Assembly: GCA_018970895.1 (NCBI GenBank) | Contig: JAGWVM010000001.1 | Location: 2,289-66,288, forward strand | Direction: 5' to 3' | Length of the DNA stretch: 64,000 nucleotides | Origin: Lysobacteraceae bacterium | Lineage (GTDB): Bacteria; Pseudomonadota; Gammaproteobacteria; Xanthomonadales; Rhodanobacteraceae | Shown: positions 55,782-64,000 of the stretch, piece after piece | Position numbering within the stretch: the stretch's first letter is position 1 | How the letters are laid out: each line of letters begins with the position of its first letter | The notes under the pieces: model-generated | Databases searched by the model: none | Told to the model about the DNA's origin: nothing | What the model saw: the letters and a program-made list of their open reading frames with translations, nothing else | Made by a program: the position numbers and the translations under genes

Positions 55782-57902
55782 GGATGCCCAGTCCTGCGGC
55801 AGGCGGCGTTCGTCCCGTGCCGGACCGGGCAGGGGGTGGCGGCTGCGTTCGACCACGTGGGCCAGGGTGTGCACGTTGTCCACCAGCCGGTCGGACAGGC
55901 GTGCCAGCAGGGTGGCGGTGGCCGTGTCCTCGCCCAGTTCCAGCAGGGCGCCGAGACTGCGCTGCAGGTCGCGCAGCGGTGGCAGCGGCTTGACCGGGCG
56001 CTGCTCGCGCAGGCCCACGGCGATCGCGTGCAGGGCATCCGCCGCGTGGCCGACGAATCCGGACACCTCGACCGGCTCGGGCAGGTTGTCACGGTCGTCG
56101 ATCAGCGCCTCCAGCGACATCGCGGTGCGCGCCAACCGGTTGCCGTTGGCAAACAGCGATTCGGCCAGCTCCAGCAGTTCCGCCGGCGTGCCCGGTTCAC
56201 CGCGCATGCGTTCGATCGATGCCTGTGCGTTGGTGCGCGCCAGGCGCGCGGCGGTGCGGGTCTCGCGGTGCGCATCGCGCCGGTCGGGGTGGGCCAGCGC
56301 GCGCAGGTAATTGGCATAGGCACCGAGCATCTCGGCCAGCGCGGCCCGGGCGCGGGCGCGCTCCCAGGTCGGCCAGAGCACGTAGGCCAGCAGCGCCATC
56401 GCGCTGCCGAGCGCGGTATTGATCACGCGGTCGATCACGGCATCGGCGGGGCTGACCCCCTCGAACGAGAGCAGGATCACCACCGTGCCGGTGAGCGCGG
56501 CCACCGCCGCGCCGTAATGCGCGGTCGCCAGATAGCGGAATCCCATGCACAGCACCGCCATCAGCAGGAGGTGGGCCCACGGTTCGTCCGGAGCCAGCCA
56601 CAGCAGCGCGGTGGTGAGCAGCAGCCCGAGCACCGTCCCGACCACGCGCAGCAGGCCGAAGTTGACGGTGGCGGCGAAATCCGGGCGCAACACGATGGCG
56701 GCGGTCATCGGCACCCAGTAGCCGTGCGGCAGGTGCAGGTGGCGGGCGACCGCCCAGGCGATGCCCAGACAGGCGGCGCTGCGCACGGCATGCCTGAAGG
56801 CCACCGAGCGCGGGTTGAGGTTGGCGCGCAGCGTGGCCAGCGGGGAATGTCCGCGCAGCGCGGCCGGCAGCGGGGTCTCGGCCGCGGCGGCGCGCATTTC
56901 GCCGCGGCTGCCGGCCCACTGTGCATTGCGTACGGCGGCACCGAGCTGGCCGGCCAGCGCGTGGATATGCACGGCCAGGCCACCTCCGGCGCGTTCGTCG
57001 TCGAGCAGGGTGCGCTCGCTGGCGCGAAGCGCGGCGAGCGCCTGCTCGGCGTGCCGGGGCGTGTCGCCGGTCGCCAGTGCCTCGGCAATGGCCGCCAGCA
57101 CCGTCGCCGCATCCTCGCGGAAGATCGCGTGGAGCGCCGGGCCGGCGCGCAGCTCGGCCATGGCGGTGAGTTCCAGCCGGATCCGCTCGGCCAGCTCCAG
57201 CAGCACCCCGAAGGCCTCCATCGCGCGGCCGCGGGCATGGTGGCGGCCGAGCAGGGTAGTCTGCAGCGTGGTCATCGCCTCGGTGAGCGCGGGAACGTCG
57301 GCGTCGTCGTGCGCCTGCTGCCGGGCCAGCTGCGCCAGCCCGCGGAAGACCTCGGCCAGGGCCAGGCGCTCGGGCCGATAGCGCTGCAGCGGCCACGCGG
57401 CGATCGAGAACAGTCCGAGCAGCAGGCCGCCGGCGAAGATCAGCACGGCGGCACCCAGCGCCTCGCCCGGGTGCGCCGCCGGCGTCGACGCGGTGACCAC
57501 CAGCAGGATGATGCTGGTCATGCCGACACGCGCGATGTCGACGCCGAACACCACCAGCAGGCCACCGACGAAGCCGGTTGCCACCGTGGCCGCCAGCATC
57601 GGCCAGAACTGGCCGCCGACCAGCATCCCCAGCAGGGAGGCAAACGCCGCGGCCAGGGCGGCCATCAGCAGGCGCCACATGCGTTGCCGGTAGGGCCCCG
57701 GCTGGTCGGAAAACATCGTGTTGAGTGCGCCGGCGCCGACGCCCAGGCCGATCTCGGTGTGGCCGGTGGCCATGCCGGCGGCCAGCGGCAGGATCACCGC
57801 GGCGGTGTTGCGCAGCACCACCCGCAGCGGCACGTCCGGCCGCCGCGTGCGGGTCAGGCTGTCGACGAGCGAGGCGCGGAGCGAGTAGCTGCGGGCGGTC
57901 AT
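55779..57902 (-). CDS. FUSC family (YccS/YhfK-like) inner-membrane transporter
   Basis: Two hydrophobic bundles; FRHAVRSAA, HGYWVPMTAAIVLRPDF, RVVGTVLG, RVINTALG; start MTARSYS. Confidence 0.88.
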   Translation of the reverse strand: MTARSYSLRASLVDSLTRTRRPDVPLRVVLRNTAAVILPLAAGMATGHTEIGLGVGAGALNTMFSDQPGPYRQRMWRLLMAALAAAFASLLGMLVGGQFWPMLAATVATGFVGGLLVVFGVDIARVGMTSIILLVVTASTPAAHPGEALGAAVLIFAGGLLLGLFSIAAWPLQRYRPERLALAEVFRGLAQLARQQAHDDADVPALTEAMTTLQTTLLGRHHARGRAMEAFGVLLELAERIRLELTAMAELRAGPALHAIFREDAATVLAAIAEALATGDTPRHAEQALAALRASERTLLDDERAGGGLAVHIHALAGQLGAAVRNAQWAGSRGEMRAAAAETPLPAALRGHSPLATLRANLNPRSVAFRHAVRSAACLGIAWAVARHLHLPHGYWVPMTAAIVLRPDFAATVNFGLLRVVGTVLGLLLTTALLWLAPDEPWAHLLLMAVLCMGFRYLATAHYGAAVAALTGTVVILLSFEGVSPADAVIDRVINTALGSAMALLAYVLWPTWERARARAALAEMLGAYANYLRALAHPDRRDAHRETRTAARLARTNAQASIERMRGEPGTPAELLELAESLFANGNRLARTAMSLEALIDDRDNLPEPVEVSGFVGHAADALHAIAVGLREQRPVKPLPPLRDLQRSLGALLELGEDTATATLLARLSDRLVDNVHTLAHVVERSRHPLPGPARDERRLPQDWAS

Positions 57903-58004
57903 GCCGCGTCCGGGGTCATGGGGCAAGTGCCGGGGATTCTGCACCAGCCCCCGTCAATGCGGCGCGGTTGCCGCGATCCGGACCGCCTGCGCGTCAGCGG
58001 ACGC

Positions 58005-58568
58005 TCAGGCGCGGCCGGCGAATTCGCCGGTGGTGGTGTTCACCCACACCTTCTCGTCGTTGCTGATGTACTCGGGCACCTGGATCTCGATGCCGGTGCT
58101 CAGCTTGGCCGGCTTGGCGCGCTTGGTGGCGCTGGAGCCCTTCATTTCCGGCGCGGTGTCGACCACGGTCAGCACCACGCTGGTGGGCACCTGCAGGCCG
58201 ACCGGGGCGTCGTCGATCAGCTGCACGTAGTAGCCCTCCAGCTCCTCGACGACGTAACCGGCGTTGTCGCCGACCAGCTCGGGGCCGAGCAGGTACTGGG
58301 TGTAGTCCTCGGTGTCCATGAACACGAAGGCGTCGCCGTCCATGTAGGAGAAGGTGGCGGCGCGGCGCACCAGGTCCATCTCCTTCAGGTCGTCGTCGGC
58401 CCGCAGGCTGAGGTCGAACTTACGCCCGCCCGGGATCGAATACATGGTGAAACGGAAGGTGACGTTGCCGCCGCGCGCGGTCGGCGCGCTGCGCTCGATG
58501 TCGCGCACCTGGTAGACGGTGCCGTCGTGTTCGACCACGTTGCCTTTCTTGACGTCGGAAGCTTTCAT
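58005..58568 (-). CDS. yeiP: Elongation factor P-like protein EfpL/YeiP
   Basis: EF-P three-domain layout with PTARGG tip loop (Arg), [20 protein letters not shown]. Confidence 0.9.
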   Translation of the reverse strand: MKASDVKKGNVVEHDGTVYQVRDIERSAPTARGGNVTFRFTMYSIPGGRKFDLSLRADDDLKEMDLVRRAATFSYMDGDAFVFMDTEDYTQYLLGPELVGDNAGYVVEELEGYYVQLIDDAPVGLQVPTSVVLTVVDTAPEMKGSSATKRAKPAKLSTGIEIQVPEYISNDEKVWVNTTTGEFAGRA

Positions 58569-58603
58569 GAGTGTGTGTGCCGGCAGGTTTCGGTTTCTTC
58601 GGA

Positions 58604-58682
58604 CGTCATCCCGGCGAAAGCCGGGATCCAGCGCCTTTATGTTGTGCGAAGTCGCTGGATTCCAGCATTCGCTGGAATGACG
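58604..58682. repeat. Palindromic REP-like intergenic element
   Basis: CGTCATCCCGGCGAAAGCCGGGATCCAG-spacer-CTGGATTCCAGCATTCGCTGGAATGACG: two hairpins plus terminal CGTCAT/ATGACG inverted ends. Confidence 0.8.
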
Positions 58683-58704
58683 GGTGCGAGGCCTGAGGAG
58701 TGGA

Positions 58705-59472
58705 TTACTTCGGCTGCAACCGCACCGCGCCGTCCAGGCGGATGGTCTCGCCGTTGATGTAGCGGTTGGTCAGGATGAACGCGACCGTGGCGGCGAACTC
58801 CTCCGGCTTGCCCAGGCGCGACGGGAACGGGATCGAGGCGGACAGCGACTCCTGCACCGCCGGCGGCATGGAGTCGACCATCGGGGTCCAGAAGATGCCC
58901 GGCGCGATGGTCGCCACGCGGATGCCGAAGCGGGCCAGCTCGCGGGCCATCGGCAGGGTCATGCCGACCACGCCGCCCTTGGAGGCCGAGTACGCGGCCT
59001 GGCCGATCTGGCCCTCGTAGGCGGCCACGCTGGCGGTGTTGATGATCACCCCGCGCTCGCCGTCCTCGCCGGCCTCGTTGCCCTGCATCAGCGCCGCGGC
59101 GGCCTTGGCCACGTTGAAGCTGCCGACCAGGTTCACCATCACCGTGGTCTGGAACTGCGACAGCGCCATCGGGCCTTCCTTGCCCAGCACGCGGCCGGCG
59201 CCGAGGATGCCGGCGCAGTTCATGACCACGTTCAGCCCGCCCATCGCCTCGCGCGCGGCGGCCACGTTGGCGGCCACGCCGTCCTCGCTGGTGACGTCGG
59301 TGCGGTAGAAGCGCGCGTGGTCGCCCAGCGCCTGCGCGGCGGCCTGGCCTTTCTCCTCGTTGACGTCGAACAGCGCCACCCTGGCGCCGTGCGCGACGAG
59401 GTGCCGGGCGACGGCGTGGCCGAGTCCGGAGGCGCCGCCGGTGATGACGGCCTTGACCTGATCGAGCTGCAT
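58705..59472 (-). CDS. SDR oxidoreductase, 3-hydroxyacyl-CoA dehydrogenase type II (HSD10-like)
   Basis: [51 protein letters not shown]. Confidence 0.92.
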   Translation of the reverse strand: MQLDQVKAVITGGASGLGHAVARHLVAHGARVALFDVNEEKGQAAAQALGDHARFYRTDVTSEDGVAANVAAAREAMGGLNVVMNCAGILGAGRVLGKEGPMALSQFQTTVMVNLVGSFNVAKAAAALMQGNEAGEDGERGVIINTASVAAYEGQIGQAAYSASKGGVVGMTLPMARELARFGIRVATIAPGIFWTPMVDSMPPAVQESLSASIPFPSRLGKPEEFAATVAFILTNRYINGETIRLDGAVRLQPK

Positions 59473-59551
59473 GGAGTTGTCCCGAAGCGTGGAAAACCGC
59501 GATTTTAGCGGAGCGGCCGGGGCGCCAGCCATGGGCGCCGCGCGATTCCGC

Positions 59552-60124
59552 TCAGCCCTGTGCGGCCAGCCACGTCTGCCAGTCCGGCCGGTCGCGCAGG
59601 CGGCGGAAAGGCACCACGGCCGGGGGCGGATTGGCCGGTTCGGCGAGGGTCTTCTGCCAGACCCCCACGTCCCACCACCGGCCCAGCTTGTAGCCGGCCT
59701 GCCGCCACACGCCGGCCGGGGCGAAGCCCATCGCCTCGTGCGCGGCGACGCTGCCCGTGCCGGGCAGCGTAATCACGCCGACCGCCTGGCAGATGCCCTG
59801 CTCGCGCAGGGTGTCCAGCAGGGTGCCGTACAGGCGCCGTGCGATGCCCCGGCGCTGCGCGTCGTCGCGCACGTAGATCGACGTTTCGGCGATCCAGTCG
59901 TAGGCGGCGCGTTCGCGGAAGCGGCTGGCGTAGGCGTAGGCCAGCACGTCGCCGGACGCTTCCCACACCAGCCAGGGGTAGTGTTCCAGCCGGGCAAGCA
60001 CGCGATCGCGCATGGCGTCCACGCCGGGCAGCACGGTCTCGAACGTGGCCACGCCCTCGAGCACGTGGGGGGCGTAGATGGCGTGGAATGCGGCGGCGTC
60101 GTCGCCGGTGGCGAGGCGGATCAT
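59552..60124 (-). CDS. GNAT N-acetyltransferase, phosphinothricin/methionine sulfoximine acetyltransferase family
   Basis: IYAPHV...ATFE, YAYASRFRERAAY, SIYV...RRGIA, S..AHEAMGF, GYKLGRWWDV. Confidence 0.88.
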   Translation of the reverse strand: MIRLATGDDAAAFHAIYAPHVLEGVATFETVLPGVDAMRDRVLARLEHYPWLVWEASGDVLAYAYASRFRERAAYDWIAETSIYVRDDAQRRGIARRLYGTLLDTLREQGICQAVGVITLPGTGSVAAHEAMGFAPAGVWRQAGYKLGRWWDVGVWQKTLAEPANPPPAVVPFRRLRDRPDWQTWLAAQG

Positions 60125-60597
60125 GCCAGCGCCTTTTCCATGCAGACGCAGCGCGGGTTGGCCCGGTGCTCGCCGAAGGGCGGGCAGCGCCGATAGCCGG
60201 CGCGTTCGTACAGTTCCAGTGCTTCGGTCTGCGCGGTGCCGGCCTCCAGCCGCACGAGCGTCCGGCCGCGGCGCCGGATGTGCTGCTCGATCGCCTCCAG
60301 CAGCTGCTTGCCCAGGCCCAGGCGGCGGCACGCCGGCAACACGTACATGCGCTTGACCTCCATGTAGTCGCCCTCGTCGATGCATGCGCCACAGGCCACC
60401 GGCTCACCGTCCACGCGCGCGGTGAGCAGGCTCACCCCGTCACGCTGCAGGGCGGCCAGCGACACCGGCTCGATGTTGCCGGTGGGATGCAGCTCGGCCA
60501 GGTAGCCGTCGCTGGGTTCGATCAGCGGGCGCAGCTCGGGCAGGCTCGGATCGTCGACGCGGAATTCCAGGCGGGGCGGCAGGGGCTCGTCGCTCAC
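60121..60597 (-). CDS. GNAT N-acetyltransferase
   Basis: EVKRMYV.P..R.LGLG, RLEAGT.Q.EA..LYERAGY; GTG start overlapping the upstream stop. Confidence 0.88.
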   Translation of the reverse strand: MSDEPLPPRLEFRVDDPSLPELRPLIEPSDGYLAELHPTGNIEPVSLAALQRDGVSLLTARVDGEPVACGACIDEGDYMEVKRMYVLPACRRLGLGKQLLEAIEQHIRRRGRTLVRLEAGTAQTEALELYERAGYRRCPPFGEHRANPRCVCMEKALA

Positions 60598-61193
60598 TTC
60601 ATGTATTTCCAGTTGCGGTGCTTGCCTTCGGCAAGCCACTCCAGCGTGGTGGCCAGGCGCTTGCTGCGGGTGGCGTCGGTTTTCGCGTCGGTGATCCAGT
60701 CGGTGTACTCGCGCCGGGCACTGGGGCTGAATGCGTGGAAGTGCTTCTTCGCCGCGGCATGCTTCTTCAGGGCAAGCGCGGTGGCCAGGTCATCCGGTAT
60801 CCCAGGCGGCGCCTTGGCTTTGGGCGTCTTCGCCGGTGCCGCGGGTGCGCCGCCGTCGATCCGCCGCGCGGCCGCCTTCACCGCAGCGGCCAGCTCGCGT
60901 TTCGGCGGCAGGTCGCCCATCGCGGTGAGCTTGCCGTACTGGCCCATGCCTTCGGTGTCGCCCGCGCCGGCTTCGGCCCGCGCACGCCAGAAGCCGAAAC
61001 GGCAGTGCTGCCTGAACGCCGCCATCATGCACAGCGGCCGTCCCCGGTATTCGAAGAACGGCATGCGCCACTTCAGCGTTTCGGTCGCCTCGGGACAGGC
61101 CGCATGCACCACGGCCCGCAGGTGTTCGAGTACCGGCTGCGCGAACGGCGCGGCGCTGGCGATGTAGTCGTCCACGCGGGAATCGGTGCTCAT
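60594..61193 (-). CDS. YdeI/OmpD-associated family protein (YdhG-like N-terminus)
   Basis: VDDYIASA.PFAQP.L..LR, E.LKW.MP, FSPSARREY..WI..AK...TR.KRL. Confidence 0.85.
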   Translation of the reverse strand: MSTDSRVDDYIASAAPFAQPVLEHLRAVVHAACPEATETLKWRMPFFEYRGRPLCMMAAFRQHCRFGFWRARAEAGAGDTEGMGQYGKLTAMGDLPPKRELAAAVKAAARRIDGGAPAAPAKTPKAKAPPGIPDDLATALALKKHAAAKKHFHAFSPSARREYTDWITDAKTDATRSKRLATTLEWLAEGKHRNWKYMK

Positions 61194-61206
61194 GGCTCGC
61201 CTCCGT

Positions 61207-61695
61207 CTACAGCTCCCGCAGGAAGAAGCGGTCGCAGCTGAAGTGCCCGGTGCCGCCCATCGGCGTATCCAGCGGACGGAAGCCGCTGCGCAGGTAAAGC
61301 GCCTGCGCCTGGTCCATGCCGGTAAGGGTTTCCAGGTAGCAGCGGGCGAAGCCGTGCTTGCGTGCCGCGTCGAGGCAGCACTGCATCATCGCGGTGCCGG
61401 CACCGATGCCGCGCGCCTCGGGCAGGAAGTACATCTTGCGCAGCTCGCACACGTCGGCCTCGCCGCCGTCGAGCGGGGCGATGCCGGCGCCGCCGATCAC
61501 GCGGCCGTCGCGCTCCACCACGAAATAGCTGCGACGCGGTGCCGCATAGGCCTCGCACATCGTGTCCACCTCGGCGTCGTGGATCGCGAAGCCCGGGCCG
61601 TCGGCGCCGAATTCGGGCATGACCGCGCGGATGATGGCGGCCATCGCGGCGTTGTCTTCGGGGCGGATGGGGCGGATCTGGAAGGCGGTCGACAT
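61207..61695 (-). CDS. GNAT N-acetyltransferase (YjgM-like)
   Basis: IRPIRPEDNAAMAAIIRAVMPEFG, CELRKMYFLPEARGIG, YLETL..M..A..LY..SGF. Confidence 0.88.
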   Translation of the reverse strand: MSTAFQIRPIRPEDNAAMAAIIRAVMPEFGADGPGFAIHDAEVDTMCEAYAAPRRSYFVVERDGRVIGGAGIAPLDGGEADVCELRKMYFLPEARGIGAGTAMMQCCLDAARKHGFARCYLETLTGMDQAQALYLRSGFRPLDTPMGGTGHFSCDRFFLREL

Positions 61696-61826
61696 GGTGC
61701 GGTTCGGGGGAGTGGGGCAGAGAAGCCGACAGTCTGCAGGAAGCCCGCCGGCGAGGGAAAGGCTCCTTTTGTCGGATGGACGGCCGGTGCTTGAGGCCGG
61801 ACCGCGATCGGGCGCACAGTCGCCAC

Positions 61827-62312
61827 ATGCTTCTCTCCAGCGCCCCGACCGGCCTGCCCGTCCGCTGCGGCATCGTGTCCGTCGTCGTGCTGCGCGGGGC
61901 CGGTGGAGACACCCGGATGCTGCTGGCGCGCCGTGCCGGCGGTCATCTCGCCGGCGAATGGAGCTACATCGCCGGCCACGTGCGGGCGGGCGAGGCGGGC
62001 TGGCAGGCCGCACAGAGGGAATTGCTCGAGGAAACCGGTCTGGTGCCCGCGGCGCTTTACGCGACCGGTTTCTGCGAGCAGTTCTATACGGCCCGGCCGG
62101 AGGGCGTCGAGATCGTGCCGGCCTTCGTGGCGCGCGTGGACGAGCACGCCGCGGTGCGGCTCAACCACGAGCACTCGGCCTGGCGCTGGGTCGGGCTGGA
62201 CGAGGCCGCCGCGCGGTTGCCGTTCGGCAGCCAGCGCGACCTGCTGGCCCACGTGCGTCGCGAGTTCGTCGAGCGCACGCCGGCCGAGGCGCTGCGCATC
62301 GCGCTGGAGTGA
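61827..62312 (+). CDS. Nudix hydrolase (NudB-like)
   Basis: Nudix box GHVRAGEAGWQAAQRELLEETG; LNHEHSAWRW. Confidence 0.88.
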   Translation: MLLSSAPTGLPVRCGIVSVVVLRGAGGDTRMLLARRAGGHLAGEWSYIAGHVRAGEAGWQAAQRELLEETGLVPAALYATGFCEQFYTARPEGVEIVPAFVARVDEHAAVRLNHEHSAWRWVGLDEAAARLPFGSQRDLLAHVRREFVERTPAEALRIALE

Positions 62313-62316
62313 GCGC

Positions 62317-63621
62317 TCAGGGCCGGCGGTAGACCACGCCGTCCTTCATCACGAAGACCGGGTGCCGCAAGGCCTGGATGTCGCGGCTGGGATCGCCGTC
62401 GAACGCGGCCATGTCGGCGAACGCCCCCGGGGCGATGCGGCCGAACCGGCCGTCGGCGCGCAGGATGTGCGCGGCGACGTTGGTCGCCGCGTGCAGCGCC
62501 TGCACCGGCGTCATGCCGTCGGCCACCATCATGGCCGGCTCGCGCCAGTTCTCGCCGTGCGCGAACACGCCCACGTCGCTGCCGTTGCCGATGGTCACGC
62601 CGACCTTCAGCGCGGTGCGGAAAGCGTGTTCGGCCTCCTGCATCGCGGGCGTGGGTTCGGACTTGCCCGGCACGTAGTGCTGGAAGTATTCCGAGGTGGC
62701 TTCCACCGCGGTGAGCGTGGGCTCGTAGGCGATGCCCTTCTGCTTCATCAGGCGGAAGGTGGCTTCGTCGGTGCCATATCCGTGCTCGATGGTGTCCACG
62801 CCCGCTTCCACCGCGTTGCGCACGCCGGCCTCGCTGGCGGCGTGCGCGGCGACCGGGCGGCCGATCTGGTGGGCGGCCGCGACGATGGCCTTGATCTCGG
62901 CGGGCGACAGCGTCGGCATGGTCTCGCCGTGGTCGCCCACGCGGTAGTCGGCGTAGAGCTTGATCCAGTCCGCGCCCCGCGCGGCCTGCTCGCGCACGGC
63001 GGCGACGGCCGCGTCCACGCCGGTGACCGGCTGCGCGCCCTGCGGCAGGTCGAGGTCCGGGCGGAAGCCGCGCGGGCCCGGGCCGTAGCTGGCGGTGGCC
63101 ACGATGGCGCGGGTGGCGACGAACATGCGCGGACCGGGGATCAGGCCGCTGTCGATGGCGCGCTTGATCGACACGTCGGCGAAGCCGGCGCCCTCGGTGC
63201 CGAGGTCGCGCAGCGCGGTGAAGCCGGCCAGCAGGGTCGCCTTGGCGTGCGCAGCGGCTTCCAGCGTGCGGTAGTCCTGCGGCTCGGTGAGCACCTGGTC
63301 GTTCCACAGCGTCTCGTTGTACGGATGCAGGAACAGGTGCGAGTGCAGGTCGATCAGGCCGGGCGTGAGCGTGGTGCCGGCCAGGGTGATGCGCTGCGCA
63401 TCGGCGGGGGCCTTGATCGTGGCGGCCGGGCCGACGGCGGCGACCTTGCCGTCGTGCACCAGCACGGCCCAGCCGGCGTGGGCGGCGTCGCCGTCCGCGG
63501 TCCACACGCGATCGGGCAGCAGCAGGGTGTCCTTCGTCGGCGTGCCGGTGGCGTGCGCCAGCGGTGCCGCCAGCAGCAGCGTGGCGCAGAGCGCCGAGCA
63601 GATTCGGTGACGTACGCGCAT
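62317..63621 (-). CDS. Secreted metal-dependent amidohydrolase (Xaa-Pro dipeptidase-like)
   Basis: Signal peptide; PGLIDLHSHL, GFTALRDLG, GADWIK, VAAHA, TIEHG, GSDVG, ADMAAFDGDP. Confidence 0.9.
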   Translation of the reverse strand: MRVRHRICSALCATLLLAAPLAHATGTPTKDTLLLPDRVWTADGDAAHAGWAVLVHDGKVAAVGPAATIKAPADAQRITLAGTTLTPGLIDLHSHLFLHPYNETLWNDQVLTEPQDYRTLEAAAHAKATLLAGFTALRDLGTEGAGFADVSIKRAIDSGLIPGPRMFVATRAIVATASYGPGPRGFRPDLDLPQGAQPVTGVDAAVAAVREQAARGADWIKLYADYRVGDHGETMPTLSPAEIKAIVAAAHQIGRPVAAHAASEAGVRNAVEAGVDTIEHGYGTDEATFRLMKQKGIAYEPTLTAVEATSEYFQHYVPGKSEPTPAMQEAEHAFRTALKVGVTIGNGSDVGVFAHGENWREPAMMVADGMTPVQALHAATNVAAHILRADGRFGRIAPGAFADMAAFDGDPSRDIQALRHPVFVMKDGVVYRRP

Positions 63622-63719
63622 CGGTGTTCCCCCTGGAGTCGTCGAAGCGTCGCTGTCGTCGGCGCGATGACGCCGCGGCGGCGCGAGTACCCGATTCTAG
63701 CGAGGGGATCGCGCGCCGG

Positions 63720-64000
63720 TCAGGCCGCGGTACGCGCCCGGGTCACCCGGCTGGCGGTTTCCTTGTGCAGCTGTGCGGCGAGCCAGGCGCCGGTGGCGAC
63801 CAGCAGGTCGAGATCCACACCGGTATGCATGCCCATGCCGTGCAGCATGTAGACCACGTCCTCGCTGGCGACGTTGCCGGTCGCCCCCTTGGCGTACGGG
63901 CAGCCACCGGTGCCGGACACCGCGCTGTCGACCACGCGCACGCCTTCTTCCAGGCAAGCCAGGATGTTCGCCAGCGCCTGGCCGTAGGTGTCGTGGAAAT
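63720..64000 (-). CDS. hmgL: Hydroxymethylglutaryl-CoA lyase, C-terminal part (5' end outside window)
   Basis: FHDTYGQALAN, GGCPYAKGATGNVASED motifs. Confidence 0.93.
   Translation of the reverse strand, partial: FHDTYGQALANILACLEEGVRVVDSAVSGTGGCPYAKGATGNVASEDVVYMLHGMGMHTGVDLDLLVATGAWLAAQLHKETASRVTRARTAA

Overview
High-GC (by eye ~70%) gammaproteobacterial DNA, most consistent with Xanthomonadales/Rhodanobacteraceae (inference from gene content). Housekeeping flanks: left = proB (partial), proA, ggt, kynU; right = FUSC transporter, EF-P-like yeiP, SDR, three GNATs, YdeI-like, Nudix, amidohydrolase, partial hmgL. Between them lies a ~50 kb type VI secretion locus (6075-55781): a Ser/Thr kinase-ECF sigma pair; tssB-C, hcp, tagJ, tssE-F-G-H; a variable cargo region; vgrG, fha/tagH, tssK-L-M, tagF, pppA, ppkA; a two-partner secretion pair with a 2945-aa FHA-like protein; and a convergent tssA. 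No tssJ is visible. The layout recalls the ECF/kinase-regulated anti-amoeba T6SS of Xanthomonas citri. Main observations beyond annotation: (1) a fixed-spacing bipartite motif TGACCRRRTY-N12-KCGCA before four transcription units, a candidate promoter for the local ECF sigma; (2) a cargo region with an atypical PI3/4K/AFK/HopBF1-like kinase, an apparently decayed CNF1-like deamidase (His-to-Arg plus frameshift), a PAAR + TPR-methyltransferase pair and a muramidase with a candidate immunity gene; (3) a shared D-D-A-T-(V/I/L)-V candidate phospho-motif in PpkA (x5), TssL and TagF; (4) TagF fused to a PP2C pseudophosphatase next to an intact PppA. No rRNA, tRNA, CRISPR array, integrase or transposase was seen. 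All family calls are from motif recognition by eye, not database searches.
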